From assembly GCA_020536535.1 (NCBI GenBank), contig JAHLWZ010000682.1:1-64000 (forward strand): a DNA stretch of 64,000 bases, written 5' to 3'. Source of the DNA: Pelomyxa schiedti. Taxonomy: Eukaryota; Protista; Evosea. Below are positions 22,840 to 36,195 of the stretch, piece by piece (within the stretch, counting starts at the first letter, position 1; every line of letters starts with the position of its first letter). The notes under the pieces were generated by a model, which worked only from the letters and a program-made list of their open reading frames with translations, searched no databases and was not told the origin of the DNA. The position numbers and the translations under genes are program-made.

Positions 22840-25800
22840 TCATGATTTGTTGCTGGAGGATGGTGGAGGGCTTGTGTCACTCAGGAGTGGGGAATATGTT
22901 CCAATGTCACCAGAGGACTTTAGAAGTGGGTGCCTGAAAGGCCTCGTGTGTTTGGTTGGGGGTGGTGGGTCTGGTTTGGTGGGCTGCTGTAAGTTTAATG
23001 ATGAGGTTGTTGTTAGTGTTTCTACTGGCGTTTGAGATGATGTTTCAGCTACCGCGGTGTTAGCTGCAGCTACTGCTGTTGGTTCCGCCGTGGGTGTGGA
23101 GGCAATTTCCAGAGTGTCACAGCCACTGGGCAGGGGTGACGGTACTGGAGTTGATATCAGCCTGGGTGATGGCGATGGAGATGGCGATGGTGATGACGAA
23201 AGCAAAGGGGAGGGTGACAGCGAAACAGAAAGTGAAGGCGACGGTGAGGGTGAAGACGAGAGCGACGGGATGGAGTCCTGCGAGCTCGACAGTTGAAGTG
23301 CCTGTGCTGTCCGGTGCTGCGGCGTGGGCGGCAGCGGGTGCTGGGGCTGCTTCCTGTGGACGTGCGGCGAGCGCGCTTGCGTTGGCGAGTGTGGCGGCTG
23401 GGCCGGAGCCACTGGGGTCGCGGCAGAAAGGGGCTCTGAGTGCTGCTGCGGCTCTGCTTGTTGCTGTGTGCCTTGTGGTACCTGTGGCTGCTTTTGGTCT
23501 TGGCCTGGTGTGGGCGGCACTTGCGGCTGGGCTTGCGTTACCTCCTGTATCTCTATGCTGCTTGAAGACAGAGACAGCGGCACTTGCGTGGGTTTTACTG
23601 GTGTCTGTGGCAGTGTCTGGGATTGCCGAGTGGGGGTTGATGGTGGGGCAGTGGGGGGTGGGGCGACTGGGTGCTTTTTGGGTTGCTTTCTGGTAAATCT
23701 GCCGAAAAACGATGTTGAGGCCGCTTGGGGCATCTGAGGGGTGGTTGCAGGCGTGGGTGTAGCAGGAGTAGGAAAAAGAGGGGGGGTGGCGATTGACGGG
23801 TTGGATGAGGTAACTGGCGTTGGAGAAGTTGATGATAGGGGGAGAAGTGGGAGGGGTGGTTGCTCAGACGGTGTAGTTGACAAAAGTTGGGATTTTGGGG
23901 GAGGCACCGGGGACAAGGTGGGTGACGTTGATGGAGAGGGTATAGGCGAAGCCACGGACAGTACGGACGGAACTATTGGGGTGCTTTCTGTTGTTGGCTG
24001 TGAGGATGTCGAAGTTACCGGAGCTGCAACGGGGGTGGAGGTTGAAAGTTTTGTTGTATCACTACTGAGAGTTCGTTGGTGAAGCATAACGGGTAACGCG
24101 GACTTTGTAGGAGTTGCAGCAGGGGTAACTGAAGGCCTTAAAGGGCTGGAAATTCTGAGTAGGTGGTTAGAGGTGACTAACAGTTTAAAGACGTACTTGA
24201 GATTCACTGAACTTGCACTTCTCATTATGGTAAAGTGACTGTGATCTACAGAGGCAGCATGTTTCTTATGCCCCAGGGAAAAGGCAGATGTGGAAGGAGG
24301 TTGTGGGGGTGTTATGGACCATATTCTGGCAGTTGAGTCCCGAGAGGCAGATAGAATGCGCAATTTACTTGGGGCATAAATAGATGTGAGCTTTATTTTT
24401 CAGTTAGCTTCGTATAAGTGGACTTCTTTCGCCTCACCCGGTCATCATGTCCCCTAAGCTGCTTCATGCAGTCACCATTCAGTGTCCACACTCTAACAGT
24501 CTTATCTTCACTTCCTGATACTACCCTAGCATTTGTGATTTGAAGTATTGTAATCAAGAGAGTATACCAGCCATCCACACATGTCAAACAGGTCACTTCC
24601 GCAGAATGACCCCTTAAAACGGCACAACAATTTGGGGATTCAGCATCCCACACGCGAATGACGTTGTCACCTGATCCAGATACAATTTTGGATGACAATT
24701 TATCGACGACGAAGCAGTTCACACTTCCTTGGTGACCTGTTAATGTGCGGGTACACCTCCCAGAGTCTTGAATGTCCCAGCACTTGACGGCAAAAGGAGG
24801 AAATGTTAGTCCACAGAAATTCTGCTCATTAGGTCACCTTAAGTGTGCAATCATAGCTTGCACTTATCACAGTTTTAGAGTCAAAAAGAACTTGGGTAAT
24901 AAAGTCTGTATGGCCCTCAAGTGTATACAGACATTCCATTTTCTTGATATCCCACACCTACATTGCTATGAGAAGGAGAACGCAATAGATCCTGACCTTA
25001 ATTGTATTATCGTCACCAGCAGAAACTATGATAGATGAAGGAGCATCCAAAGTTGATTCAGTGAGAGTTCTTATGGGACCCTTATGTCCTATAAGAGAGT
25101 TCACAGAATTGGCCATTCGCATGTCCCACAGACGAACAACATTATCAGCACCACCACTATACAAAATGTCAATATCACAAGGTTGTGAATAAAATTGTTT
25201 TCCTGGCAACAATTGAACTACGGTGTAAAATCGAAGAATAAATTGGACCAACATGGCCTTTAAGCTCTGAAGTACATTTGTGGTTGCTTGGGTCCCATAC
25301 CTTGTTATAGCTGTAACAATGCAACAGGAAAGTTATAAGTGATACCCTTAAGGTACTGTCACACGATGAGCTCACAATAGAAGACCCAAAGTGCACTGCA
25401 CTTACCTTCAAAATGTGAGCTCACTAAATAGAAATCTCGTTTTGGTTTTTGTACCTTATCTGTATGTCCTGTCAATTTACTTATGAATTGCAGAGATTCT
25501 GTATCCCACAGACTTATAGGACCCAGTGTACTGCCACTGAGAAGTATGTGTCCATGCATGGATGTGCAGGAGATGGGACCGATTCCTCCTGTGAAGAATG
25601 GTTAAATGAAAGAATAAGATGCAGTTAGTACTCACCCTGCAATGTTGTAACCGTGAAGCCGTCTTTTTTTTCAGGACCAACAACACCCAATCCAGTACTT
25701 TCTTTCTCATGACTGAGAATCTGGGAAGATGACAAAGGCTGTTTAGTGGGGTGGGTCTTTGGGTCTTCTTTAGACTTGGTGGCTGGTTTGTCAAGTCCTT

Positions 25801-28800
25801 TCATCTGCATCATTGGTTTATAGCACTACATACGTATAGGTTACCTTGGACTTGATTGTTTGAAGGTGTGCCAGGGATTCCTCATGTGCTTTTGCTCTGT
25901 AAGGCCTGTTACAAGCTACTTAGTCTTTGGATGGAAAATACAAATTCTTTATGAGGACAATCATTTGCTCGTGTTTATCAGATTGAAGAGAGCACTGATT
26001 GGCAACTTTATTTACAAAAGACTTGACTGAAGGAGCCTCAACACCCAGAGATAACATAAGAAAGACTACTGTGAGTTAGTGCCTTCTACATTGTAGGGAA
26101 TCAACCCTGTGAGCCTAAAACTCGGATTATGACCTCCTCTTCTTTTTGGGTGATCAGAAGTTGATTTGAAGTAGAAAAAGTCCCCCAGTCATCACCATAA
26201 CTCTTGTAGTGTGTGTCGAGAGTCTTCCGGTTTGTGTGGATTTCGCCTAATCTATAATGAATGCCTGGAGTAAGAAGGGTCTTAGATACTGGAGAAATAG
26301 AAATCCCAAAATTCATCCAACTTCCAGATTGGGGCACTGCCAATCCGATACTGGAAAAATTAGAACAAGGGGAAAAAAAAAATAACATACTGCTAAACAT
26401 TCCTGAGCAGTATCAATTTTCTGATAAAAAGAGGTGACAACTCCAACGAGTTGTGCAGGTGATCTTGAGAGTTATGACTTCAACTAAACCCTACAAAAGA
26501 GGAAACCTGAAATCAGAGGTATCATTCGAAACTCCTAAGCAGATCAGCAACAGTGTAGAGAGTACATCAAATGTAACATTGGTTAAACACATGTCGTTGT
26601 GCTTCTGCTGGTGTGTGTGCATATATGAAACCAGTAGTGTTGTAAAAGCAAGCACTCCAGATGCGTTGCCATTCAAAACAGAAAATGGCGCAGGTTCATG
26701 CCTAGAACGAACTTAGTGTGTTAGTCAAAGAAGGTTTCAGACTAACACATCAGCTTGTTCTGAGACAAACAGAGCTCGTATGAAAGGCTCAACCAGTTCT
26801 TTATTTTTTTGGAAATTGGGTGTAGCGTCATCAGACTCAATGTAATCAGTATCCTGGAGTTACATTTTATTTGTGTAATTTTCCTAAATTTTTCTAACCT
26901 GAGAGAATTCCACAGAAGGGTCTGGGGGAAGTGCACTATTCGGGGTACTACTGGGTACCGGGAGTGGATCAGATATCACAAATGGCTGCAACGTCGGGAA
27001 ATCATAATACCGACCTGTGTCTGAAAACTATTGGTATTTCTTGTGCAAGGCAACATACCATTAAGCTCTGAGGGAAATTGTGCTGCAGGGCTAAGAGCCA
27101 TGGGCATCGAACTTTCAATACTGAAGTGTAACTGGTCAAGATCTAGATTCATTGAAGAGAAAAGAAATGTGAGGAATTGAAAATCTTTGGCCACATCCTC
27201 CCCAATCGAACTTTAAACCCAATACACAACTGTGATGCTGAGAGTAGTGACAAATAGACAAATCAAACATGCTTCGACTGTGCAAGAAGTATACATCCAC
27301 CATATCAGTAAACGCTGGAGTGTCAACAATTGCTCGGGCGAAATCCTATGCACTTATAAATATTTTGGTATTATCTGAGTGAGGTATTACTTGTAAATGT
27401 GGAGGTTGGGCTCTTATAAACTGCTTCTTATCAAAGCTAAAAATTGGCTTGGGATATTTCCTTGTGTTATTTTAGGCAAACAGTAAGGGAATAAGCTATT
27501 ACCTCATAACTCTCAAGTTTGATCGGAATTGATGCAACATTCCAGTAAAAAATTCAAGCCACACCAACCTTATTTGCGCATCCTCACTCACTTTTGTACA
27601 GGGCTCTGTTCCACCAGTTACCCACATTGGAGACTCTTCCTATTATATTTTTAGTTAGGTTCTTGTTTTTATGGCACAGATACCAGCGCAAATGCATTGT
27701 CCAAGTTCACAATAGAAGGATGTAAAACAGCATGGAGTTTATCAGTCAGAGGCTGGATTGCCTGAGGAGATAAGGAGCATTTAGCCATCGAACTGGGAAT
27801 ATCCTTGTTGACGATCCGACTAGTATCCAGATTAACAATGATGACCTTGCTAATGTTATTTTTACTGGGAGGGCCAAAGAAGCTAACATCAGATAACTCG
27901 GCCAGCAACGAGTCGGTGTTTGAATCAGTAATCATGCCCATTATGTAGGGGGTCGGTGCCTGCAAGTAGTCACCAAGACTGCTGTTCAGCGTGGGTATGT
28001 ACACCTGTAATGTGAAGGTTGCGTGAATACTTGATTAACTTAACTCGTGCAATTGCTTTAAAAAGTGAATTACATGCAAGTATCTGAAAGGGTACAACAA
28101 GGAAATCAGAGTTTCTGCAGCTGTGGATTTCAAAAATTGTGTTAGAAATATGTTTTACACAGGATTTATTACCGATTGTTAAAAGGCTGTGTATTCTTGA
28201 TAGAAATAGTACTCGTTTTTCTTCTAATACACCAACGACAAGTGATACAACAGCATCAATCCCTATGCAATCAAAAAGGTACCGGAACGGTATCTTTTGG
28301 GTGTGAGTTTAGTAGGGGGAAAAAGAACCAAACCTCTACAAGGGGAAAGTTGTCTTGTTTAGGTCTGACTATGTTACAGTGATGTCCAACCAAAGGGAGA
28401 TGTAGAGTATAGCCCGCTGTAAGACATTAGAAGTAGATAGAGTCTGTCCAATAAACACACCTGGAGGCAGGGGAATATTATACACAACTTGTTTTACAAA
28501 ATTTGCTACTATCTCTGCATTGGATTGAATTCTTGATACCTTTGTGAACTTAAGAAGAGTTGTGGTGATGAGGATGAACTTTGTAGATGGCCATGAGTAA
28601 TTGTTTGAAAGTGTTGTAGAACGCGAAACGGGATAATATACATAAACAAACTGGTGTGAAGAGCTAAAATCTGGTTAGATTAAATAGTGGAAGGGTAGAA
28701 CTTCACAGGAATGTTTGGAGACTCTTCAAACAGTTCATCAATATCAATTGGTGCAAATTCGTTTGGCTGATACACCTGGTGAAATGAGAATGTGTATGAG

Positions 28801-30348
28801 CATTCTCAAAAAAAAAGATCTCAGGTACTGTAAGTGCAGTTCCAAAGTATTTGCTGCCGTTCACTTCAGTCACAACAAAAGTGAAAAATTTGGGTGGCTT
28901 GGGTTCCTTAGCCAGAATGGCACCATTTGGGAAGCACAACTAAAAACTGTCAGTTACTTATTGGTGCACCCACCTCGTAATGAGAGAAACACCATCCAAA
29001 CAAGTGGTGGCACAGGAGACTTGGGGTAATCTTTTACAGGAATTCGATCCACCACTTCAGCCTGGGTTTGTTCAATCGAACAGAAAAAAAGGATGCGAAG
29101 GAAAAACTTTAAAGGGTCCAAGAATGTTTTCACAGGATGTACTGGAGGGTAACTCGGTTGCTGACGAACTGAGGGTTGAAGCTGATCTCCCACGTTTCAG
29201 CACTAAATCTCGGTCACTAAACAAATTCACCTGTTAGCAGAACCTCGAGATTTGAGATGCACACACTGTTGAGGTGGTGAACATGACAAGGCAGAGGACG
29301 TAGCCGAAGATGAGGAAGAGGATGATGATGGAGACTGTGTTCCTGAAGCTGAAGATGAGAGTGAGTCAGGGGTATTTGTAGCTGCTGGTGAAGATGAAAG
29401 TCGTGTGTGGAAATCTCGTGAGCCGCTTGCAGGGGGCTGTGAAAAACGAGGAGAAGGACTTGATGAGAGTGACGGGGAAGAGCGTTGTGAATTAACAGCG
29501 AGTCTTGAAATGCCCTTTGGTTTCGTGGATAAATTAGGTGCTGAAATACTGTACACAGAGGAACTGCTGGCAAGTGAAGCTGTATTATTTAATTCCGGCA
29601 TGAATCTTTCCTTGGTTGCCTTAACCACCAAGAAGTAATCAATGAACCTTTGCTGCTCACTGTCAGCATCAATAACCGGCTGTTTTGGTGGCGCCACGCC
29701 GCCGCCATCCGGCTCTGGTTTGGTTTGATCAACCGAGGGAGGTTGCTGCTTTGGAGCAGGTGGTGGAGGCAAGGCATTAGTAGGCACAGGAGGCCTGTTC
29801 CTGTGCAACAGAGACGATTCACGTGGGGCAGACGAGGACGTGGGTGATGGTGGTGCGGACAGCAACAATAGCGATGAAGGCTCCAACAAAGACGAGCTGA
29901 AAGGAGATGATTCCGGTTGTGATTGTGATTGCGACTGTGAGTGTGATGGAGTGGATATGGGTTCACTCGATGTACACGTCGGATGAGCAGAATCAGCCAC
30001 CGTAGTTGTAGTAGTAATAGTAATAGTAGGAGCATTTGTAGCAGTGGCAGTGGTGGTGATTTCGCCCGCGTCGTTTCGCTGGTGATCGTGATGGTGATCC
30101 CGCCGCGTTAGTGTCCCTTGAATCGTCGCAGCCGCCGGCGTTGATGTCGTAGCGTCTTGCGCGGCGGGCGGCGTTGTTTGGGTTGACGCGCGCTCGGCGG
30201 GTGCCGCAAGGTCGGTGCAGCGGCCGCCGTTTGGCAATTGTGGGTCGCCGCGCTCGGCGGTGGTGGAGCCGCCACCGCCGCCCAGCCCCACGAACGAGTC
30301 GTCGTCTTGCAGAAGTGACAGGACGTCGTACTCCATTTCACTTCCCAT
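22840..30348 (-). CDS. DENN-domain (Rab GEF) protein with WD40 repeats and a Pro/Ser/Thr-rich tail, DENND3-like architecture
   Basis: uDENN/cDENN motifs FIDYFLVV, CFPNG, FFTFVVTEVNGSKYFGTALT, LQAPTPYIMG, VIIVNLD. WD40 motifs SGGADNVVRLWD, VSGSGDNVIRVWD, LRGHSAEVTCL, ILSASRDSTARIW. Confidence 0.8.
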
Positions 30349-30645
30349 TTTCGATTGAATCTACAACAAGAAGAAAGTGCCTGCTGTGATGATGGTTTTT
30401 TGTTTCTTCCCGGTGCCTTTTTTACGGGTGTTTGCTGTGAGCACAAATTCAGAGGTGTTTACCGTAAGAAAGTGCACTAGGCAAAGGAAGATTGCGTCTT
30501 ATGAAGGTAACATAACGTTGGGAGTTGACCTCATCGTTTTGCTCCTTGCTTTGGGGGTGGCGACACCACACCCCGAGTGCAGCAGGTTTTTCACATTGTT
30601 TTGACTGGATCTCCACCCACTGATCCAGAAAAACAAAGACTCCGT

Positions 30646-32480
30646 TCACAGAGCCACGTTGTCAAAGATGAAGAAGTCGAACTCCGAAGAGGGCTGCCGG
30701 TCGACGACGAGGAGCTGGTTTGTTGACGAGATCCACGATGTCAGCAGCACGCAGGTGCCGGAAGTCGGGAGTGTGTTTCTGTAAGTGCCATCATAAACAC
30801 CAGTCGCGGTGTCATACACCCCATTGATCTTCCTGCTGTTGTGTGCCTTTCCAAAGTAGAACTTCCCACACACAACAAATGCAAAGCCTGTCTTCCTCTT
30901 GACGCGTGGCACCACCCACGTCTGCAAGATCGCGAGGGAGTCGGGGTCCACCCTCGTGATGTGTGTGTTGCCGTTGTTGGGTGGTGCGTGCACCACAAAC
31001 AGCACACCCCCAGCGTCGACATGCCAGCAAATATCCGTGTACCCACCCCAGCTCCACGACGATTGGTTTGCGACGCCGGCGTTGGGGAGTGGTGCAGTTG
31101 CCACTGTCGATCCATCACTCACACGCACCTTGGTCATGGTGGCGGCGTCGCGAGGGTTGCAGTACACGTGGCCGTTGTGCACTGCCTGGCAGGTGCCGCC
31201 GGGGCTGCCGGGCAAGTCCTTGAGTGTGAATTGTCTTGGGTTGGTGTTGCTGATGAAGCTGGTCATGCTTTCGAATTCTGAGAGTTCCTTACGATTGTAG
31301 TTGGAATCCCAGTACACTTTCCCGGTTGCGTTGTCGACAAACACCCTGAGTGCCTGGCGAGGTGTGATGGAGGGCACCATCGACGTGCCAAGCTGTTTGA
31401 GCGTCCTCGCCGTCGTTGTTGCGGGTGTTGTTGCCTTTGTTGTCACTGACGTCAGTGAACTCGATGCTGAATTGTGAACAAGTTTTCCCAGCGAAGAGAC
31501 TGCACCACAAACAGCAGCTGATTCGCACTCAAGGCTCACCTTTGGGTTGTTGTCATCAGACACGGTTTTTTTGGGGATATATATATATATATATGGGATG
31601 AACAGTTTTAAAGAATTTCATTGCCAAACATGCCTTCAGTTTCTGTGGAGTTGCAAGATCATCACGGGATTTGCATACACTCTCAATCTGTGCTGTGAGT
31701 GCTTGATTCACTGAAACAACCTCGACATCGGAGAACAGTGTCGTTGCTTGATGTGCATATTCCTGTGCCTCTTGTGCGATCTTCAACCTCCGATCGCATC
31801 CCTCGATGTGCTCTTGGAACGTCTTCAAAGTTGTTTTTTTTTGGTTTTTTTTTTTTTTTTTGGTGTCAGTGAAATTGAGAAAAAGGGCAACTCTTGCCTT
31901 GTTGGCGGCTTCGTTGATTGTTTTCAGTTCAGAGAGCAATTGTGCCTCTCTGGCATTGACAGCACCAACGATCTTGGCAAATTCAGATCTTATTTCTGCC
32001 CCGATTTTATCTGTGGCTGCTTGTGCATTTTTGCGACACTCCTTTTTGTTTTTTTTTGGTTTTAATACCGATATCGTTTACTTGAACAGGATTGATTGGG
32101 CTTCGCACAATTGCCGTGATTTTGGAATTTGTGACTTGCTCCAAGTGCGACGCCAAATTGGAACAGGTCGAGGCAATCTTCTCCTTGAACTTGGAGCTCA
32201 GGTCGGTGACAAAAACCAAGTCGTGGTTCTTGTGCTCAATCAGCCTGATGATAAATTTTGGTTTTTTTTCAAAAAGATCGAAAGAGAGNNNNNNNNNNNN
32301 NNNNNNNNNNNNNNNNNNNNNNNNNNNNNNNNNNNNNNNNNNNNNNNNNNNNNNNNNNNNNNNNNNNNNNNNNNNNNNNNNNNNNNNNCATGAAGTGTGG
32401 CCACTTTCTTCTCTGGCATTTTTTCGCTTCTCCTGACCTTCCTTATTCCTTGCATAGATTTTCTCCAGACGCTTGGCGGT
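30646..32480 (-). CDS. B-box/coiled-coil protein with a C-terminal olfactomedin (OLF) domain; the 5' part is interrupted by the N-gap
   Basis: OLF motifs GTCQAVHNGHVY, LPNAG..WSWGGYTDI..VDAGG, ITRVDPDSLAILQTW, FAFVVCG. Upstream exons give a B-box end (EHKNHDLVFV) and a TRIM-like coiled coil (IRSEFAKIVGAVNAREAQLLSEL). Confidence 0.72.
32289..32388. other. Assembly gap (100 N)
   Basis: A run of exactly 100 N, a scaffold placeholder. Confidence 1.
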
Positions 32481-32708
32481 AGTCATTACCTCTTCAAACT
32501 CCTTGAACTGTATATTTATTCTCACATAGAAATCCATCACACCTCGCCACAAGAAACAATAAACAATCGGGATCAATGTTCATTGTTGTATATATCTCAA
32601 ACAAACAATGAAAAAATGCAGTAACAAACTCTTGTGTGTGACACTTCCCACTTTTTATTCCCTTTCAATTCACATTTAGCTCATCGGCATTCATCGACAC
32701 AACGCAGT

Positions 32709-33926
32709 TCAGACTTCTTGGGTGTCATCCTCACTCAGCTCGATGCGGAACGTGATGACGGGTGGCAGGGCAGTGATGTGGGTCACGTGGAATACACCGG
32801 TCCAGCAGAAGCTGTGGAAACGAAACTTGGTGGTCTGCATCTTGAGTGTCTTGCCGGCCTTGGTTTGCAGGTTCGAAGTTACCTGTGTTGGAGTGATTCC
32901 TAAGCCAAGAAAAGAAGAGGTGTAGTACATTAACTTGCATCTGCTGTCCATTGAAATCGGGATTGCGAGACTTTATTTTGACCCAGACCCGGTACTCGTT
33001 CACGTGGTCGTACTCCCACAATGTATACGCCAGAGTGGGGCCCCAGTCCCCAAGCACACCCTCACTCACTATGGCTCCTCCAATATCAGTGTGAATAGTA
33101 ACATTGACCAGCATCGCTAATCCATCTGACGAGGTAGACGCTGTCCCAGCGGCAATAGCAGGAGTTGTCGTAGATTCATCTGGGGAATGTTATGTTGTGC
33201 AAAGTTATTGTCTTATCACAATTACCTTGTTCCTTGGGGCTTGATTCCTTTGGGATACTGGGAATGCTGCTGCCGCGCACCGGTGAGGCCGACGCCGATA
33301 CTGTAGTAGAGGAAGTTGATGAAGCAGAGGGAGGCACAGGAACGCCGTCGCTTTCGCTGCCGTTGTTGTCGCCACGCGAGGGCTTCGTAAGTGCAGCGGC
33401 CGATGTAGTCGTAGTCGCAGTTTCTTTATGCGCTCGCCCGCCGTGGTTTTCTACGATTTCTTCTTCGGCACAATCGCTTTGGACGGCCCCCTCAGTCTCC
33501 TGCTCCTCGTCGTCGTCTTCATCTTCATCGTTGTCACCAAGAAGCATCGCCGTGAACTCATTGCACTTAGCGCACCTGTGTCCACATGTATTGGTGCACC
33601 TGTGGCCGCACTCGCTCCGCAACATCCGGATCTAGATCTCGGTGTTTGGTTGTAGTGTGGTTGTGGCTTTGTTTTTTCCCATTTGATACTTGAGGCACCT
33701 TTTTCTGCCAGCAACACGGGTGACGTTTCACCTTCCAACATTTTTTGAGCATTTTTTTTTTTAATTCTTTTCTGAAGAGAACATCGGTCTTGGTGAGCTG
33801 TGTGGCATCGATGTGGGCGCAGGATGTGAGACCAACCTGGGCATCACCATTACTCATCAATCTGTCAGATTCGTTTGTCGTCTCCCAGATTTCCGTGATC
33901 CTGGTTTTCGGCGAATGGAAACACAC
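32709..33926 (-). CDS. Hypothetical spliced protein with a Cys/His-rich segment and an acidic/Ser-rich linker
   Basis: CGHRCTNTCGHRCAKC, DNDEDEDDDEEQE, and beta-strand-like downstream exons with GT-AG boundaries. No family recognised. Confidence 0.4.
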
Positions 33927-33942
33927 CGAACAAAAAAAAGGG

Positions 33943-36140
33943 ATGAAGGGTACGGAGAGACCGTTGTTAGTTGGGCTCGTGTGGCTGTCAATATTATCAA
34001 TATGTGCGGGGAGTGGTCGCGACTATGACTTGCCAGATCCACCGCAGGAGATGTTGGACTCCATCACCCCTGACATGGTTGGTGCACATTTTCTGCGTGG
34101 GCCCACGTCAGCTTGGTTTCGTTGACGATCGCGTAGATTCGCGCTCATCTGAAATTTATTGGCGACGCGTTACTTGAAGGAAGAGCACCAGGAACCAGAG
34201 GAGAGCAATTGGCCGCTAATTACGCAGAAGCCCAATTGAGGTTTTTGTGGACCCAACCCCTTTGTGGCTCTTTTTTTTTTTTTTTTTTTTTTCTTAAATT
34301 GCTTCATAGGTCTTATGGGATTTACCCAGCTGGTGGGGATAGTGCGGACTCATATTTCGAGAAAATCCCTCTCCAGGTAGATTGGTTTTTTGCACCTCTT
34401 CTTTATTTATCCCACATGCGGGAGTAGGGCTGCACAGCAATCGAGGAATCGGATTTGCTTTTAACGAGCAGTCAAGGAACCCCCTGGACTCTAGATCTTA
34501 TCTGGGTCGACGACTATGTTGGGACTACACAGTTGTCACCAAGTGATGACGAGTGGGTTTCTCTGGACAAAGTCGGTATGTTTCTGAAACGACAGTAGCG
34601 TTGCATTCATCATCCACTATGATGTCAACAGACCTTGTATTCGTTGGGCACGGCATTGATGCTCCTGAATATGAGTGGAATGATTACAAAGTAGATGTTA
34701 CTGACAAAGTTGTTGTTATTCTTCTGGGGCAACCAACAGTAGATTTATGGGCAAATCAGTCATACACTTATTACTCTCGTTGGGATTACAAGTTTCTCAG
34801 CTTCATTACATGTCATTATAAATTAACTTCTCCTTCAAAGGTACGCTGAGGCATCACGTAAAAAAGCTAAAGCTGCGTTAATTGTCCACACCCCTGAAAC
34901 AGCCGGTTATGACTGGAGTGTGGTTCAATCAAGCTGGTCTGGGACAAACACCAGGTCCGCCACGCCTCCTGATTACCCACTTACCTTTACTGGATGGGTA
35001 AATTCTTGCTGTATTCACATAAATGAACCTCTGATTTGTTCTCCAGATGACTGAAGATTACTCCAATGCCCTCGCTGTGAACTGTGGTTCTTCTCTAGAT
35101 CAATGGTTCGTGAAATCCAACGATTCTGCTTTCGTTCCACAATTTCTACCTGGACAGGCTTCCCTTGAAATGAGATATGGTGTGTGGATGGAGTTTGTGC
35201 TGGTTTTGGACTCACTTCCTCAGATGTTGTCAATTACAATGGAATCAACGTTATCGGTTTTCTGCCTGGAACTACGCACCCTGAAGAATTGGTGGTTTTT
35301 TCCGCTCATCTAGATCACCTTGGAACAAAAAATGGAACTGTTTACCCAGGTTTCCACCTCTTCCATTCCTATTGAGATTTACCAACACCAGGTGCACTTG
35401 ACAATGGGTCTGGAGTTAGCATGGTACTCACTTTGGCCTACGCCATTTCCCGTGTCTTGTGTGTACATGTTTACTTGTACTCACTCCTAATTTCCTTACA
35501 GATATCAACTCGACCGGACCATCATCTTCCTCATTTCCACCGCTGAAGAGTCAGGCTTACTGGGGTCTGATTACTTTGCAAAGAACCTCTCCCCTCTCGT
35601 AACAGGCCAAGCTTTAGCTGATATAAACTTTGACATCGGAAACGGCTGGGGTGCTACATATGATGTAAGTATCATTGGACAAGAAAAAAGTACTCTTGGG
35701 GATATGTTTGTGTATGGAGTTTCACTCTTTTCTTTTTCACTTTTATTCACCCCAACTAGATCCTGCTCCGCGAAAGAAAACATGTATGTCTCTCCTGACC
35801 CGTTTCCCGACAGTGGCTACTACTACCGGGGAGACCAGTTTTCCTTTGCTAAGCAAGAAGTACCAGGGGTGTGGGTTTTCACAGGTACGTCAAAAACATC
35901 CACGACATTTTCTAGACTGAACTTGGTACAGGTTCTTCCTTTGTTGGTCAACCAGATGACTACTTCGAAATTGTGGTGGATGAAGGATATTTTGGAACTT
36001 GTTACCACCAGCCATGTGATTGTTACTCTGATTCTCTCATCATGGACGGCATGGTGCAACAAGCCAGAGTTGGTTTGCGTGTTGCCTATGGAATCGCGGC
36101 TTCTACAGTTGTACCAGAGTGTGAAACCAACTGTATGTGA
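33943..36140 (+). CDS. Secreted M28-family Zn aminopeptidase with a PA domain (bacterial-type sequence, many introns)
   Basis: Signal-like N-terminus, EGRAPGTRGEQLAANY, FVGHGIDAPEYEWNDY, SAHLDHLG, GALDNGSGV, TAEESGLLGS, YYRGDQFSFAK, YHQPCD. Confidence 0.88.
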
Positions 36141-36195
36141 CATGAATAGAGTGAAAAAAATAGTTTTTGCATTTTTTTTTTCTATTGGAGGTCAA

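Noticed and set aside
23057-24082. + strand Gly/Val/Asp-rich ORFs and GATGGC-type microrepeats
   Set aside because: Antisense of the Ser-Pro repeats in the DENN-WD40 tail; not CRISPR or a separate gene.
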